Positions 19,438 through 27,967 of a stretch of 64,000 nucleotides of DNA are shown one piece after another. Under the pieces are notes generated by a model. It worked only from the letters and a program-made list of their open reading frames with translations. It was not told the DNA's origin and ran no database searches. A program made the translations under genes and the position numbers. The number at the start of each line of letters is the position of its first letter. Positions within the stretch are counted from its first letter, which is position 1. Source of the DNA: a virus; IMG/VR virus record IMGVR_UViG_3300025151_000023, positions 21,743 through 85,742 of that record; one strand, 5' to 3'.

Positions 19438-19527
19438 TGGTACGGTCTACAGGACTTGAACCTGTATGCTTTGTGGCTATACCCGCTCTAGACGGCTATA
19501 CGTGTCTACCAATTCCACCAAGACCGC
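19438..19527 (-). tRNA. tRNA-Leu-like (TAG) with abnormally long anticodon arm
   Basis: GCGGTCT/AGACCGT acceptor, A73, encoded CCA, D-loop GG, T arm ACAGG-TTCAAGT-CCTGT, class II variable arm. Anticodon arm is TATAGCCG-TCTAGAG-CGGGTATA. Confidence 0.7.
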
Positions 19528-19551
19528 ATATTCATTATATATGGAAAACTT

Positions 19552-19875
19552 TTACTTGTCATTAAAATATTTTTCCAATTTTCCAGATTCGTCTCTATGT
19601 TTATTATCAGGATCAAGCGAATCTTTTTGTTCTGTAATTACTGGCCATTTCTCTGACCAAATTCTATTGAATTCTATCCATTTAGCACCTTCTTCATCAA
19701 CATCGGATCTAATTGCATCTTCTGGGCATTCAGGTTCACATACTCCGCAGTCAATACATTCATCAGGATTGATTACTAACATATTTTCACCTTCGTAAAA
19801 GCAGTCGACAGGACACACATTTACACAATCGGTATGTTTACACATAATACATTTGTCGTTTACAGTATATGTCAT
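19552..19875 (-). CDS. fdxA: 7Fe ferredoxin (FdxA type)
   Basis: [21 protein letters not shown]...[12 protein letters not shown]. Confidence 0.92.
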   Translation of the reverse strand: MTYTVNDKCIMCKHTDCVNVCPVDCFYEGENMLVINPDECIDCGVCEPECPEDAIRSDVDEEGAKWIEFNRIWSEKWPVITEQKDSLDPDNKHRDESGKLEKYFNDK

Positions 19876-19888
19876 TTTATAATATATA

Positions 19889-19964
<76 letters not shown>

Positions 19965-19965
19965 T

Positions 19966-20041
19966 TGGTGGAGGATACAAGAGTCGAACTTGCGACCTCC
20001 TGAATGCAAATCAGGCGCTCTCCCAACTGAGCTAATCCCCC
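19966..20041 (-). tRNA. tRNA-Ala(TGC)
   Basis: 76-nt cloverleaf with G3:U70, anticodon TGC and encoded CCA. Confidence 0.95.
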
Positions 20042-20051
20042 GAGTGTTTTA

Positions 20052-20079
20052 ATTATACATTCAGTAAAATATATGTCAA
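20052..20079 (-). promoter_or_regulatory. sigma70-type promoter for the tRNA/ferredoxin cluster
   Basis: TTGACA-N16-TATAAT. Confidence 0.7.
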
Positions 20080-20225
20080 ATGTAAGAAATTCACTAAAAT
20101 CCATGGGTACAAACACCAGCCCTGGTGTAAAAGATTGCAAATTTGACGCCATTATGCAAGTCTTTTTTTGTGCAAAAAATCTATTCTGTGTTTGGGATGC
20201 ACGAATCTGCCATAAATATGCTGTA

Positions 20226-21092
20226 ATGGATAACATAGCCGATTTAGCTCACGCAATGCAACAAGTGACACAGTGGGCACCAGACAGTGAAGGCCCAACT
20301 GAAGATCATTTAGACCAAATTATTAGAGCGTCACTATCAGTTCAAAAAACTTGTGTGTCAAGCAAAGGGTTTAATATTTGGTTGCCACACAGACAGGGAC
20401 TTCATAAAGAATGGATCAAAGAAGTAGTAGAGCCACATTTAACTTGTTTGTTAGATCTTGGATTCGAAGGATGCCACAAATCTCTAGTGTATTTGTTCAC
20501 TCCAGACGTAATCGATCCAGAAGTGGTTTGGGATGATAACGAAAAAGCAGACGTTCAATCTAGATTACCATGGTGGAAAAATATGCCAAACAGGTATAAC
20601 ACGCCAGGCCACACTGCTTTAGGCAAAAATATACCAAATTGGACTAAAAACTATTTTGTTAATAGTGGATTTATGTTATTAGCCGCAGGACTAGAAGCAA
20701 GAAGATTGGGTTATCATGTGCAATATGTTACACTGGAACAGATTTCTCAATTTATGTATAATCATCCCAAATTTGGGAAAAATGTACAAGCAGAACCTTA
20801 CATTATGACAACTGCTCTTAACATAGGTACTAAGCCTTTGCATGCTAAAATGTCAACAAAACGTAACAGAGCGTATAATATGGTAACTAAAGAAAGAAGG
20901 TCACACATTTACAAACCGGACGCTGTAACTGACGATGTGCCAATGCACTATGAGTGGACCGATACTTTACACAATATTCTTGATACTAGAATTTACCTAG
21001 GCGGTAAAGTTGATACACGTTTTAGGCCAAAAGGCTGGACCAAAAGAGATCAAGATATTCACAATAAACGACTCAAACATAAAGTCACGTAA
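20226..21092 (+). CDS. Hypothetical protein, possibly nitroreductase-fold
   Basis: Weak resemblance (LDQIIRAS; GFMLLAAGLEARRLGY). Start reassigned to ATG 20226, 7 nt after a TAAATA late box. Confidence 0.45.
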   Translation: MDNIADLAHAMQQVTQWAPDSEGPTEDHLDQIIRASLSVQKTCVSSKGFNIWLPHRQGLHKEWIKEVVEPHLTCLLDLGFEGCHKSLVYLFTPDVIDPEVVWDDNEKADVQSRLPWWKNMPNRYNTPGHTALGKNIPNWTKNYFVNSGFMLLAAGLEARRLGYHVQYVTLEQISQFMYNHPKFGKNVQAEPYIMTTALNIGTKPLHAKMSTKRNRAYNMVTKERRSHIYKPDAVTDDVPMHYEWTDTLHNILDTRIYLGGKVDTRFRPKGWTKRDQDIHNKRLKHKVT

Positions 21093-21103
21093 GGTTTAAA
21101 AAA

Positions 21104-21268
21104 TTATAGATAATATCTATTTTTAAATTTACTAGAATAATCTAATTCACGTAGTCTTCGATCTAGATCATATAAGTCTTCTGATTGAGCAAGATAATTG
21201 TTAACTTTTTTTGCTCTTAAGTCTTCGGTTGGAAATAAGCCTAGTACCCAAGTAAGTATTTTTTTCAT
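21104..21268 (-). CDS. DUF3563-like small protein
   Basis: Manual translation, 54 aa: ...NYLAQSEDLYDLDRRLRELD... Confidence 0.55.
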   Translation of the reverse strand: MKKILTWVLGLFPTEDLRAKKVNNYLAQSEDLYDLDRRLRELDYSSKFKNRYYL

Positions 21269-21351
21269 AGTTTAGCCTTTAGTGTCATGTAAGCATATTC
21301 ACATGCTGTTTTAATTTTTTTGTGGTGTACAATGATATAGTAGGATAGCAT
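21265..21351 (-). CDS. 28-aa small protein
   Basis: MLSYYIIVHHKKIKTACEYAYMTLKAKL; start overlaps the upstream TAA and stop overlaps the downstream ATG. Confidence 0.45.
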   Translation of the reverse strand: MLSYYIIVHHKKIKTACEYAYMTLKAKL

Positions 21352-21542
21352 TACCAATTGTTTCCTTTTGGTACGTTACCGGTTGTCTTGTAATAATAGT
21401 AAGCATTACGCCAGTTGTTTTTAAATTCAGTTTTAAAATAGTTTACCATCACGTGATCTTCTGTTACTACATTGAATGAGTTATCAGTGTTCATAAAATT
21501 TGAATTTGTGATAGATTTGATTGCATTAATAATCGTTTGCAT
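21351..21542 (-). CDS. Hypothetical small protein
   Basis: 63-aa ORF with AAGG SD. Confidence 0.6.
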   Translation of the reverse strand: MQTIINAIKSITNSNFMNTDNSFNVVTEDHVMVNYFKTEFKNNWRNAYYYYKTTGNVPKGNNW

Positions 21543-21687
21543 TAGTCGTTTAACCTTTCATAATTTGTTGTTCACTATAATTTATAGCAGAAATCAAAAA
21601 AAACCTACTGTATATTTGCTATAGACGGTATGCAAAAAAGTTATACTGTAAAGTTCTTTGATATGTTGTATTGTTATACTAAAAAAA

Positions 21688-22143
21688 TTATAGATTAGCG
21701 TCTTCCATTCCTGCTACTCTAAGTTTTACTATATTTGTAAGATGCCATTGTTTTTGATCTAGTGCTTTGATTACACCTAACCATTTGTTCCTTAGTAGAG
21801 CCCACTCGTTAACGATTGCTTCATAATTACAAACTTCATCTTCACCTTCTGCATACTTTTCTGCGTCACGTGATGTAAGAGCTCTTTGATAATTTTCTAA
21901 ATATTTTTTGTAGTGTTTAGTGCGTAATCGTCTGTGTTGTATTTCTAAATGTTTTAATATGCCTTCAACTTCTTGTAGTTGTCTAAAACGTTCTTCCACA
22001 ACACCTGGCATTGATGCTGATTGTTTTTCAATGTTGCCTTGTAATTTAACTTCTTTTGATGCGTGTTCTAGTTCAGATTCATAGTGTGTAATTGCATCAG
22101 GAATCTTAGAAACGTCTTGTGAAACTATTGAGAACCAATTCAT
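21688..22143 (-). CDS. uvsY: UvsY-like recombination mediator
   Basis: Helical 151-aa protein (...SRDAEKYAEGE...LRVAGMED) downstream of uvsX. Confidence 0.7.
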   Translation of the reverse strand: MNWFSIVSQDVSKIPDAITHYESELEHASKEVKLQGNIEKQSASMPGVVEERFRQLQEVEGILKHLEIQHRRLRTKHYKKYLENYQRALTSRDAEKYAEGEDEVCNYEAIVNEWALLRNKWLGVIKALDQKQWHLTNIVKLRVAGMEDANL

Positions 22144-22397
22144 TAGTAATCTTCATAACGTTCTTCACCATAACCATCACCATAATCCTCATATTCATCT
22201 TTGTCGTACTCTTTTAGTTCTTGAATAGCTTCATCTAGTTCCTCGTCATGGCCTAGTAATTCATCTAGATCTTCTTCTATAAGCCCAGTGTTAGCAATTA
22301 TATCAACAAACTTGTTTGCAACTATAGATTTATCTTTGGCAGGGACGTATGACTTAATTAAGTTCCAAACATCAATTAACATTTGCGTCTCCGTCAT
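22143..22397 (-). CDS. Hypothetical acidic protein between uvsX and uvsY
   Basis: 84-aa ORF overlapping both neighbours. Confidence 0.7.
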   Translation of the reverse strand: MTETQMLIDVWNLIKSYVPAKDKSIVANKFVDIIANTGLIEEDLDELLGHDEELDEAIQELKEYDKDEYEDYGDGYGEERYEDY

Positions 22398-23457
22398 TTT
22401 CTTTTGTCTCTTCTAGTCCTTCTGGTTGTGTAACAACTTGGTTACTTACCTCTTGCATTACAATTTTTAAATTTTCTGCTCCCCAGGCTTTTCTGTAATC
22501 AAGCAGTTCTTTACCATCTGCTGTTATATATTTCAAACGATTGCCTTGTTGTGTAATAAGGCCTTTTTTCTCAAATAAATCTAATAAGCCACTGTATGGA
22601 TTCATGCCAGTTTCATAAGGAATTTTTACTTGCACACCTTCAAAAGGCTTTGCAAATCTTGTCTTCATAACCTTACACGCGGCTCTTATACCACGTACTT
22701 CACTTACTTTGTTGCCTGCTTCGTCCTCTTTAAGTTTAAGTTTTTTCATTGCAACAACGATACTGGATGCATATATAAATCCTTGTCCACCTGATATCTT
22801 ATCATCAGGATCAAACATGTCCTGTGATGCATAAGTGTGATTAGTTGCAACCATGCCTACGTTAAATGAACCAAACATGTTTACACAGTTTCTAACAAGA
22901 GCTGTTAGTGCCTTAGGTTTTCTGCCTAAGTCGCCCTTCATATCACCCTTTTCGAATTGATCTACATCAGTAGGAGTCATCATCATGCCTAGCGAATCTA
23001 ATACAAACAATACTTTTGGTCGATCTTGTGGATCTTTGTCGGTATAGTCTGCTTTATATTCTTTCATAAAGTTTGATATTGTTTTAGCAACATCATCGAT
23101 CATGCTCATACCTAGTCGTAAAAGTTTTTCTTCTGATGTATCAACACCAATGGCTTTTAACCATGCTTCATCTAATGCATTTTCAGAGTCAACTAGGATT
23201 ACAAATATGCCTTGTTTTTGTGCTTCTCTTATAATGTTGCCCGAACAAATATAAGACTTGCCAGAACCAGACTCGCCTGCAAAGACTGTTACTTTGCCTA
23301 GCGGAATACCTTTATAAAAATCTCCCGAAATAAGATAGTTTAAGGCGTAGTTGCCAGTTGATATCCAGTCAGTTGGATCATTGAATCCTACTCCTAGCCC
23401 ATCAATAGACTTTGTAATACTTTTTCTAAATTTTGTTACATCAAAAGGTTTAACCAT
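22372..23457 (-). CDS. uvsX: UvsX/RecA-like recombinase
   Basis: ISTGNYALN, AGESGSGKS (P-loop), DSENALD, VLDSLG, TNHTY and SGGQG motifs. Confidence 0.93.
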   Translation of the reverse strand: MVKPFDVTKFRKSITKSIDGLGVGFNDPTDWISTGNYALNYLISGDFYKGIPLGKVTVFAGESGSGKSYICSGNIIREAQKQGIFVILVDSENALDEAWLKAIGVDTSEEKLLRLGMSMIDDVAKTISNFMKEYKADYTDKDPQDRPKVLFVLDSLGMMMTPTDVDQFEKGDMKGDLGRKPKALTALVRNCVNMFGSFNVGMVATNHTYASQDMFDPDDKISGGQGFIYASSIVVAMKKLKLKEDEAGNKVSEVRGIRAACKVMKTRFAKPFEGVQVKIPYETGMNPYSGLLDLFEKKGLITQQGNRLKYITADGKELLDYRKAWGAENLKIVMQEVSNQVVTQPEGLEETKENDGDANVN

Positions 23458-23478
23458 GTTTGTGACTCCTATATTTGT

Positions 23479-23506
23479 ATTATATTTTGTTGTGTTAAAA
23501 TGTCAA
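23479..23506 (-). promoter_or_regulatory. sigma70-type promoter for uvsX
   Basis: TTGACA-N16-TATAAT followed by an AGGAG SD. Confidence 0.7.
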
Positions 23507-24312
23507 TCATAAATTTCTATATTTGTAAATTTGCTTTGGTATGACAAATCTGCATCATTAAATGTCTGTGTCCAAGTACCAACTGGTAATACACCTAATC
23601 CAGCTTTTTTGTCATATGGATCAATACCACTAGCTTTACACCAATCAACAAAGCCATCTTTGAACCATGGACCACTTTCTCTCTCAAACCATAAGTCTGG
23701 TCCTATATGATGCCAGTTTTTGGTGTTTTCATAATCAGCTGGCAAATTATCATGATACAATTCTTTGTGTGTTTTGCCTACTTCATTGTACCCTACATAA
23801 ACGTGCCCTGCTGTTCTTTCATATTGCATTGTTTCATATTCGTCAGCTGATAAATCTTCCCGCCAAATATGATCTTTATCCCAACGCAAGTGATACTGAT
23901 TTCTGTACTGGTTTCCAGGCTCTAATTCATGCAACAAAGAATTCAAATTGCGTATAGAATTTTTTATTAATTTTGGTGCCATTCGTATTAGTCGTGTTGG
24001 CTTATTCCATTCACCGTTCAAATGTTCAAATATTTCATGTAATTCGTTATAAAAATTATGGTTGTTCCAATCAATTTTTAAATTGATAACTCTGCGGTTA
24101 AAAAATTTATTGATATTATCGATAGATTCCAGCAACATGTCTTGAGTTTGTTTATCGTTTCTATACTTTCCAAAACTTTCTGTATTGTCGATGTGCATTC
24201 CTTTATCAATGTGTTGTTGCAAAATTTTGGTGTATTTTTTTGCAATATGATTATCAAAGCATTGCACAGTCGACGTGTGTAAATTATCGATGGTAAAAAT
24301 AATTTTTGACAT
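23503..24312 (-). CDS. Hypothetical protein
   Basis: 269-aa ORF between gp32 and uvsX. Confidence 0.7.
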   Translation of the reverse strand: MSKIIFTIDNLHTSTVQCFDNHIAKKYTKILQQHIDKGMHIDNTESFGKYRNDKQTQDMLLESIDNINKFFNRRVINLKIDWNNHNFYNELHEIFEHLNGEWNKPTRLIRMAPKLIKNSIRNLNSLLHELEPGNQYRNQYHLRWDKDHIWREDLSADEYETMQYERTAGHVYVGYNEVGKTHKELYHDNLPADYENTKNWHHIGPDLWFERESGPWFKDGFVDWCKASGIDPYDKKAGLGVLPVGTWTQTFNDADLSYQSKFTNIEIYD

Positions 24313-24319
24313 GTGTAGT

Positions 24320-24363
24320 AAAGGGGCAGAGCAATACTACTTTGTGATATCTATTGATGCCCC
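24320..24363 (-). terminator. Hairpin/terminator after gp32
   Basis: GGGGCA...TGCCCC-TTT stem with an inner CAATA/TATTG pairing. Confidence 0.5.
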
Positions 24364-24370
24364 AAACTTA

Positions 24371-25363
24371 TTATTTTTGTCTTGCTCTAATCATTGCAAG
24401 TATGTCTTCTGCTTTACTACCACTAGTCTGCGTTTGTGCCGCAGGTTCTGGGGCTGGTTGAGCCGCAGGTTGTGGTTGAGGCGCAGGCTCTGGTGTAACT
24501 TGTGGAGTTACTGGGGCTGTTGTTGCCTCCATTGCTGGTGCCGGTGCCGGTGTTGCAGTGGTGCCACTTCCGGTTGCAGGAGCCTTAAATCCTCCTGGAC
24601 GGAAATACTGACTGAATTTATCTGCATCATATGGTTCCCCATCAACTGACGCTTTAAACATTTCTTCCATTACTTTAATTTCTACTTCAGTTGGTTTCTT
24701 TGGTAGATAATCACCTAAGTTATGTAAGCCATATGTCTCTATTGCACTTTGTTGTTCTGCACTTAGCGGAGAAGTTTTTCTTGACCATTTAGAAGTTGAA
24801 TAGTCTGCATAACCACCTTTGGTAGTTTTGTTTACTCTAAAATCAACACCTCTAGTATAGTCAGTTGGTAAATCTTCCATTTCTGAATCCATCAATGCAG
24901 ATTTAATAATGTTGAAGATTTGCGGACCAATTATAAAACGTCTGATTGGATTCTCCGGTGTAGCATCTTCCTGCAATGGTGATGCTGTTACAAAGCCTTG
25001 AAATATGTAAGAACGTTTCTTCCAATATTTCCTACCTAAGTCTTCTAATGATTTGTCTTTGAACCATTGTCTTACTTCTGCAAGAATTGGACAAGCTTCG
25101 TTATACATTTCCATACAAGGAATTTGCACCTGTACAGGTCCAGATGAAGCATCACCTTTTACTGAATTGAAAGGCAATTTGATCATTGCTCTTTCAGTCC
25201 AAAAGAAAGTATTGTTTGGATCTTTGTCGGGTAAAAATCTTAAAACTGCTTCTGAGTTTTCTGGAATATTCCAGTGCGGATATATTGCATTGTCGCCACC
25301 TTCACCTGAAGGTTTTGAGTTTTGAGCCTGCAATTTAGCTCTTATATCAGCCAATGTTGCCAT
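24371..25363 (-). CDS. gp32: gp32-like single-stranded DNA-binding protein
   Basis: LRFLPD, CPIL, YWKKRSY, DYSTSKW motifs; P/A-rich linker and DILAMIRARQ tail. Confidence 0.88.
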   Translation of the reverse strand: MATLADIRAKLQAQNSKPSGEGGDNAIYPHWNIPENSEAVLRFLPDKDPNNTFFWTERAMIKLPFNSVKGDASSGPVQVQIPCMEMYNEACPILAEVRQWFKDKSLEDLGRKYWKKRSYIFQGFVTASPLQEDATPENPIRRFIIGPQIFNIIKSALMDSEMEDLPTDYTRGVDFRVNKTTKGGYADYSTSKWSRKTSPLSAEQQSAIETYGLHNLGDYLPKKPTEVEIKVMEEMFKASVDGEPYDADKFSQYFRPGGFKAPATGSGTTATPAPAPAMEATTAPVTPQVTPEPAPQPQPAAQPAPEPAAQTQTSGSKAEDILAMIRARQK

Positions 25364-25408
25364 AATGATAGCCTCCTTTATTTGCCTAGTTTTATTACTA
25401 TAATTTGT

Positions 25409-25437
25409 ATAATATAGATATAAGTTTGTAAAGTCAA
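25409..25437 (-). promoter_or_regulatory. sigma70-type promoter for gp32
   Basis: TTGACT-N17-TATTAT with an AAGGAGG SD. Confidence 0.65.
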
Positions 25438-25438
25438 T

Positions 25439-26980
25439 CTATTTTTTGAAAGGATCTTGATACTCAGATTTGGTAAAGTCTTCGTCTTCTAATACCACGT
25501 TTAATGCTTCTGTTTGTGCCAATGCCCATGCTTCAAATTGTTTTGATTCGTCTTTATATTTTCTTTTGTATTGTTTAGAAAGTTTGCCTTTTGCGATATC
25601 TTGACCTTTGATATTTTTGAATGCTTTCATATCTTCTGGTGCTTTTCTAACTTCATCTTTGTAATCATCATCTTGTGCAATACGTTTCATATCTTGTAGA
25701 TATTTGTTTGCAAGTTTTATTGCTGTGCCTTTCAGTTGTTTAATTTCAGGATCTGGTTTGTAAAACAATTCTCCTTGACTTACTAATTGTGTATCCATGT
25801 CTGCCGCAAAGTTTGCCACTGCATCATCATCTGGATTTGTTGATAAAAATCTTGTAGCAATATCTCTCATAATAGTTGCTAATTTTAGATTAGTTTCTTT
25901 TTGTTGCCTTCTTAAATTGTTTTGAAAAGTGTCATATGAATCATCTTTTTTCAAAATTAGTTTGGATTTTGGATCATTCAAAAATTGATTTACTGCTGGT
26001 GCAAATCTTGCCGCTGTGCTAGATGTTGAAACATCGTCGTCATCCTTTTCGTCATCATCTTTATATTCAGTAATAGGTAACAGTTTAAATGCATCAACTA
26101 ATGCATCGTCGAAAGTTTCTTTAGTAAACATTTTTACCATTGCATTAATATTATCTTCCGATACTTCCTCAATTGGAGTGTTTAAAGATTCTACAGCAGT
26201 GTCATAACTTCTAACACCAGCTAGTTTATGCAGTGTTTTTTTAGCATCTAAGATTTTTGTATTTGCCGCTGTCAAATATGGTTGTGTATTTTCATCTACC
26301 ATATTGTGTTTGATTGCATATTTTGTAAATGTTCTAAGTTTAGCCATTTCCTCAACTTTATTAATAATAGCTTCACCTATTTGATCGTATGGATTGCCAC
26401 CTTTTGCTACGTGCATTTGCATGGCTCTTGCACCTGCTAGGTAGTTGTAAGGAAAACGGAATCGTTCACCATGTGCATTTTCGATAAAAATACAGTGTAT
26501 GTTCCTAGAACGTGCTCCACTTACTGTTTCATCTACTGCTTTTGAATGACGTACAATCATTCTAGTTTTGTCTAGTTTGTTATATGATGTTTTACTTGTT
26601 CCGTGCATGTTACTTTCCTGTACTGTATTTACTTGTGACATGAATTCAAAGTCTCCTTGCTCTAGATCTAATTTTTCCATGTCTTGTGGTTTAAATGTTA
26701 GGTTATGGGACACTGCAAATTCCTTCATTGCTCTAGCAAAATTGTACCATTCTTGCTCTTCGCTAGGATCAACACTGTCTGTTAAGTTTTTGTTGTATAT
26801 TAATCTAAGTGTTTGTTCATCTAGTGCAATTGATACAGGATTACCCAGAAAATTAAATTTAAAAAATCTAGCATCTTCGGGTGATGTAGTTACTGATGCT
26901 TCGTTATTCCCTAGTGTAATGTTTGAATACCGAGCTCGGATTTCATCAAATAAGTCTTTTGCTACTGCTTCTATGTCCAT
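25439..26980 (-). CDS. Hypothetical late (probably virion-associated) protein
   Basis: 513-aa ORF with a TAAATA late box 6 nt upstream of its ATG. Confidence 0.7.
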   Translation of the reverse strand: MDIEAVAKDLFDEIRARYSNITLGNNEASVTTSPEDARFFKFNFLGNPVSIALDEQTLRLIYNKNLTDSVDPSEEQEWYNFARAMKEFAVSHNLTFKPQDMEKLDLEQGDFEFMSQVNTVQESNMHGTSKTSYNKLDKTRMIVRHSKAVDETVSGARSRNIHCIFIENAHGERFRFPYNYLAGARAMQMHVAKGGNPYDQIGEAIINKVEEMAKLRTFTKYAIKHNMVDENTQPYLTAANTKILDAKKTLHKLAGVRSYDTAVESLNTPIEEVSEDNINAMVKMFTKETFDDALVDAFKLLPITEYKDDDEKDDDDVSTSSTAARFAPAVNQFLNDPKSKLILKKDDSYDTFQNNLRRQQKETNLKLATIMRDIATRFLSTNPDDDAVANFAADMDTQLVSQGELFYKPDPEIKQLKGTAIKLANKYLQDMKRIAQDDDYKDEVRKAPEDMKAFKNIKGQDIAKGKLSKQYKRKYKDESKQFEAWALAQTEALNVVLEDEDFTKSEYQDPFKK

Positions 26981-26989
26981 CTTGTGTAT

Positions 26990-27967
26990 TTATTCTATGC
27001 TGTGTTTTGATTTTTTACATATTGATAGTATCTTATTAGCTAAATTTTGTTCAAAATCATCGTACAGTGTTCTCAGATGCCTTAATTTTGCTTGATTGTG
27101 TGCCAGTATTGTTTGTATGGCACTGTTATCAGCTGACTGGCTTAAAAAGTAATTTTTGAAGCTATTACAAGCTAATTGTATGCGTTTATTTGTGTTGGGT
27201 TCACTGTCGTATGACTCGTCAATATGTGGATGAAATGTTTTGAAGCCTAGCTGTCTTAATTTTTTCAAATAATTTTGGCAACCGACCATTACAAATGGTA
27301 TTCCTGCTCTTATAGGTTTAATTGTTTTTTCAGTGATAAAAAAGAAATCAGTTTCGGTTTCGGTTACTAATTCTATTTTACTACGTGAATATGCCGGAAT
27401 CAAATCTGCATCTGCCCAATCGGTATTTGCACCTGTCTTTGTAAATTCCGCATGTTGATGTTTGAAATAAGAATGTGGCACACTTTTCCTAAACATGTAT
27501 TTGCTTAACTTATTGTAATTTGTGGATTCATCATACACAAAGTCGTTTGGATAATTGAACATTTGCAAGTTTTCTAAAAGCCATTGCTCAACAACTTGCC
27601 TGTGAGGTCTGCTTTTTGACATCAAACAAGTCCAGTGTGTACCTTGTGCATTTGGTTGCAAAAAATCATCACCTAACCAAATAAATCTACTCCATGGTGA
27701 AGGAATGTGCCTGTTGTAGTTTAGATTTGTACCGTCGCCAATAATATAACAATCAGGGCTTTTTAGTAAGTGACTGACTCTACTGTTGTCTGTAGGTTGA
27801 TGGACAATGTAAGTTACACCCTCGGTTTCATTGTTACGCATGTGCCAAAATATATTGGGCCAGCTGGCAACTATTACGTTGTATGGATTGGTTTCTGTGT
27901 TAAAATTTTTTATAAGGTCAGCGTCAATAAATCTACTGTTGAATTTATCACAACCAACACGAAACAT
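26990..27967 (-). CDS. Hypothetical protein with GT10-like C-terminus
   Basis: ELVTET...ITEKTIKPI...PFVMVG...LGFKTF...DESYD. Confidence 0.5.
   Translation of the reverse strand: MFRVGCDKFNSRFIDADLIKNFNTETNPYNVIVASWPNIFWHMRNNETEGVTYIVHQPTDNSRVSHLLKSPDCYIIGDGTNLNYNRHIPSPWSRFIWLGDDFLQPNAQGTHWTCLMSKSRPHRQVVEQWLLENLQMFNYPNDFVYDESTNYNKLSKYMFRKSVPHSYFKHQHAEFTKTGANTDWADADLIPAYSRSKIELVTETETDFFFITEKTIKPIRAGIPFVMVGCQNYLKKLRQLGFKTFHPHIDESYDSEPNTNKRIQLACNSFKNYFLSQSADNSAIQTILAHNQAKLRHLRTLYDDFEQNLANKILSICKKSKHSIE

Noticed and set aside
19470-19500. Amber-suppressor (CTA) reading of the aberrant tRNA and possible TAG recoding
   Set aside because: Centering the loop on CTA destroys the anticodon stem. Long ORFs are not interrupted by TAG, and TAG ends genes normally (for example gp13 and 60259-60780).
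20073-20225. N-terminal extension of the 339-aa ORF, and ORFs 19466-19798 and 19955-20236
   Set aside because: They overlap tRNA genes or promoters; the late box at 20213 supports ATG 20226.
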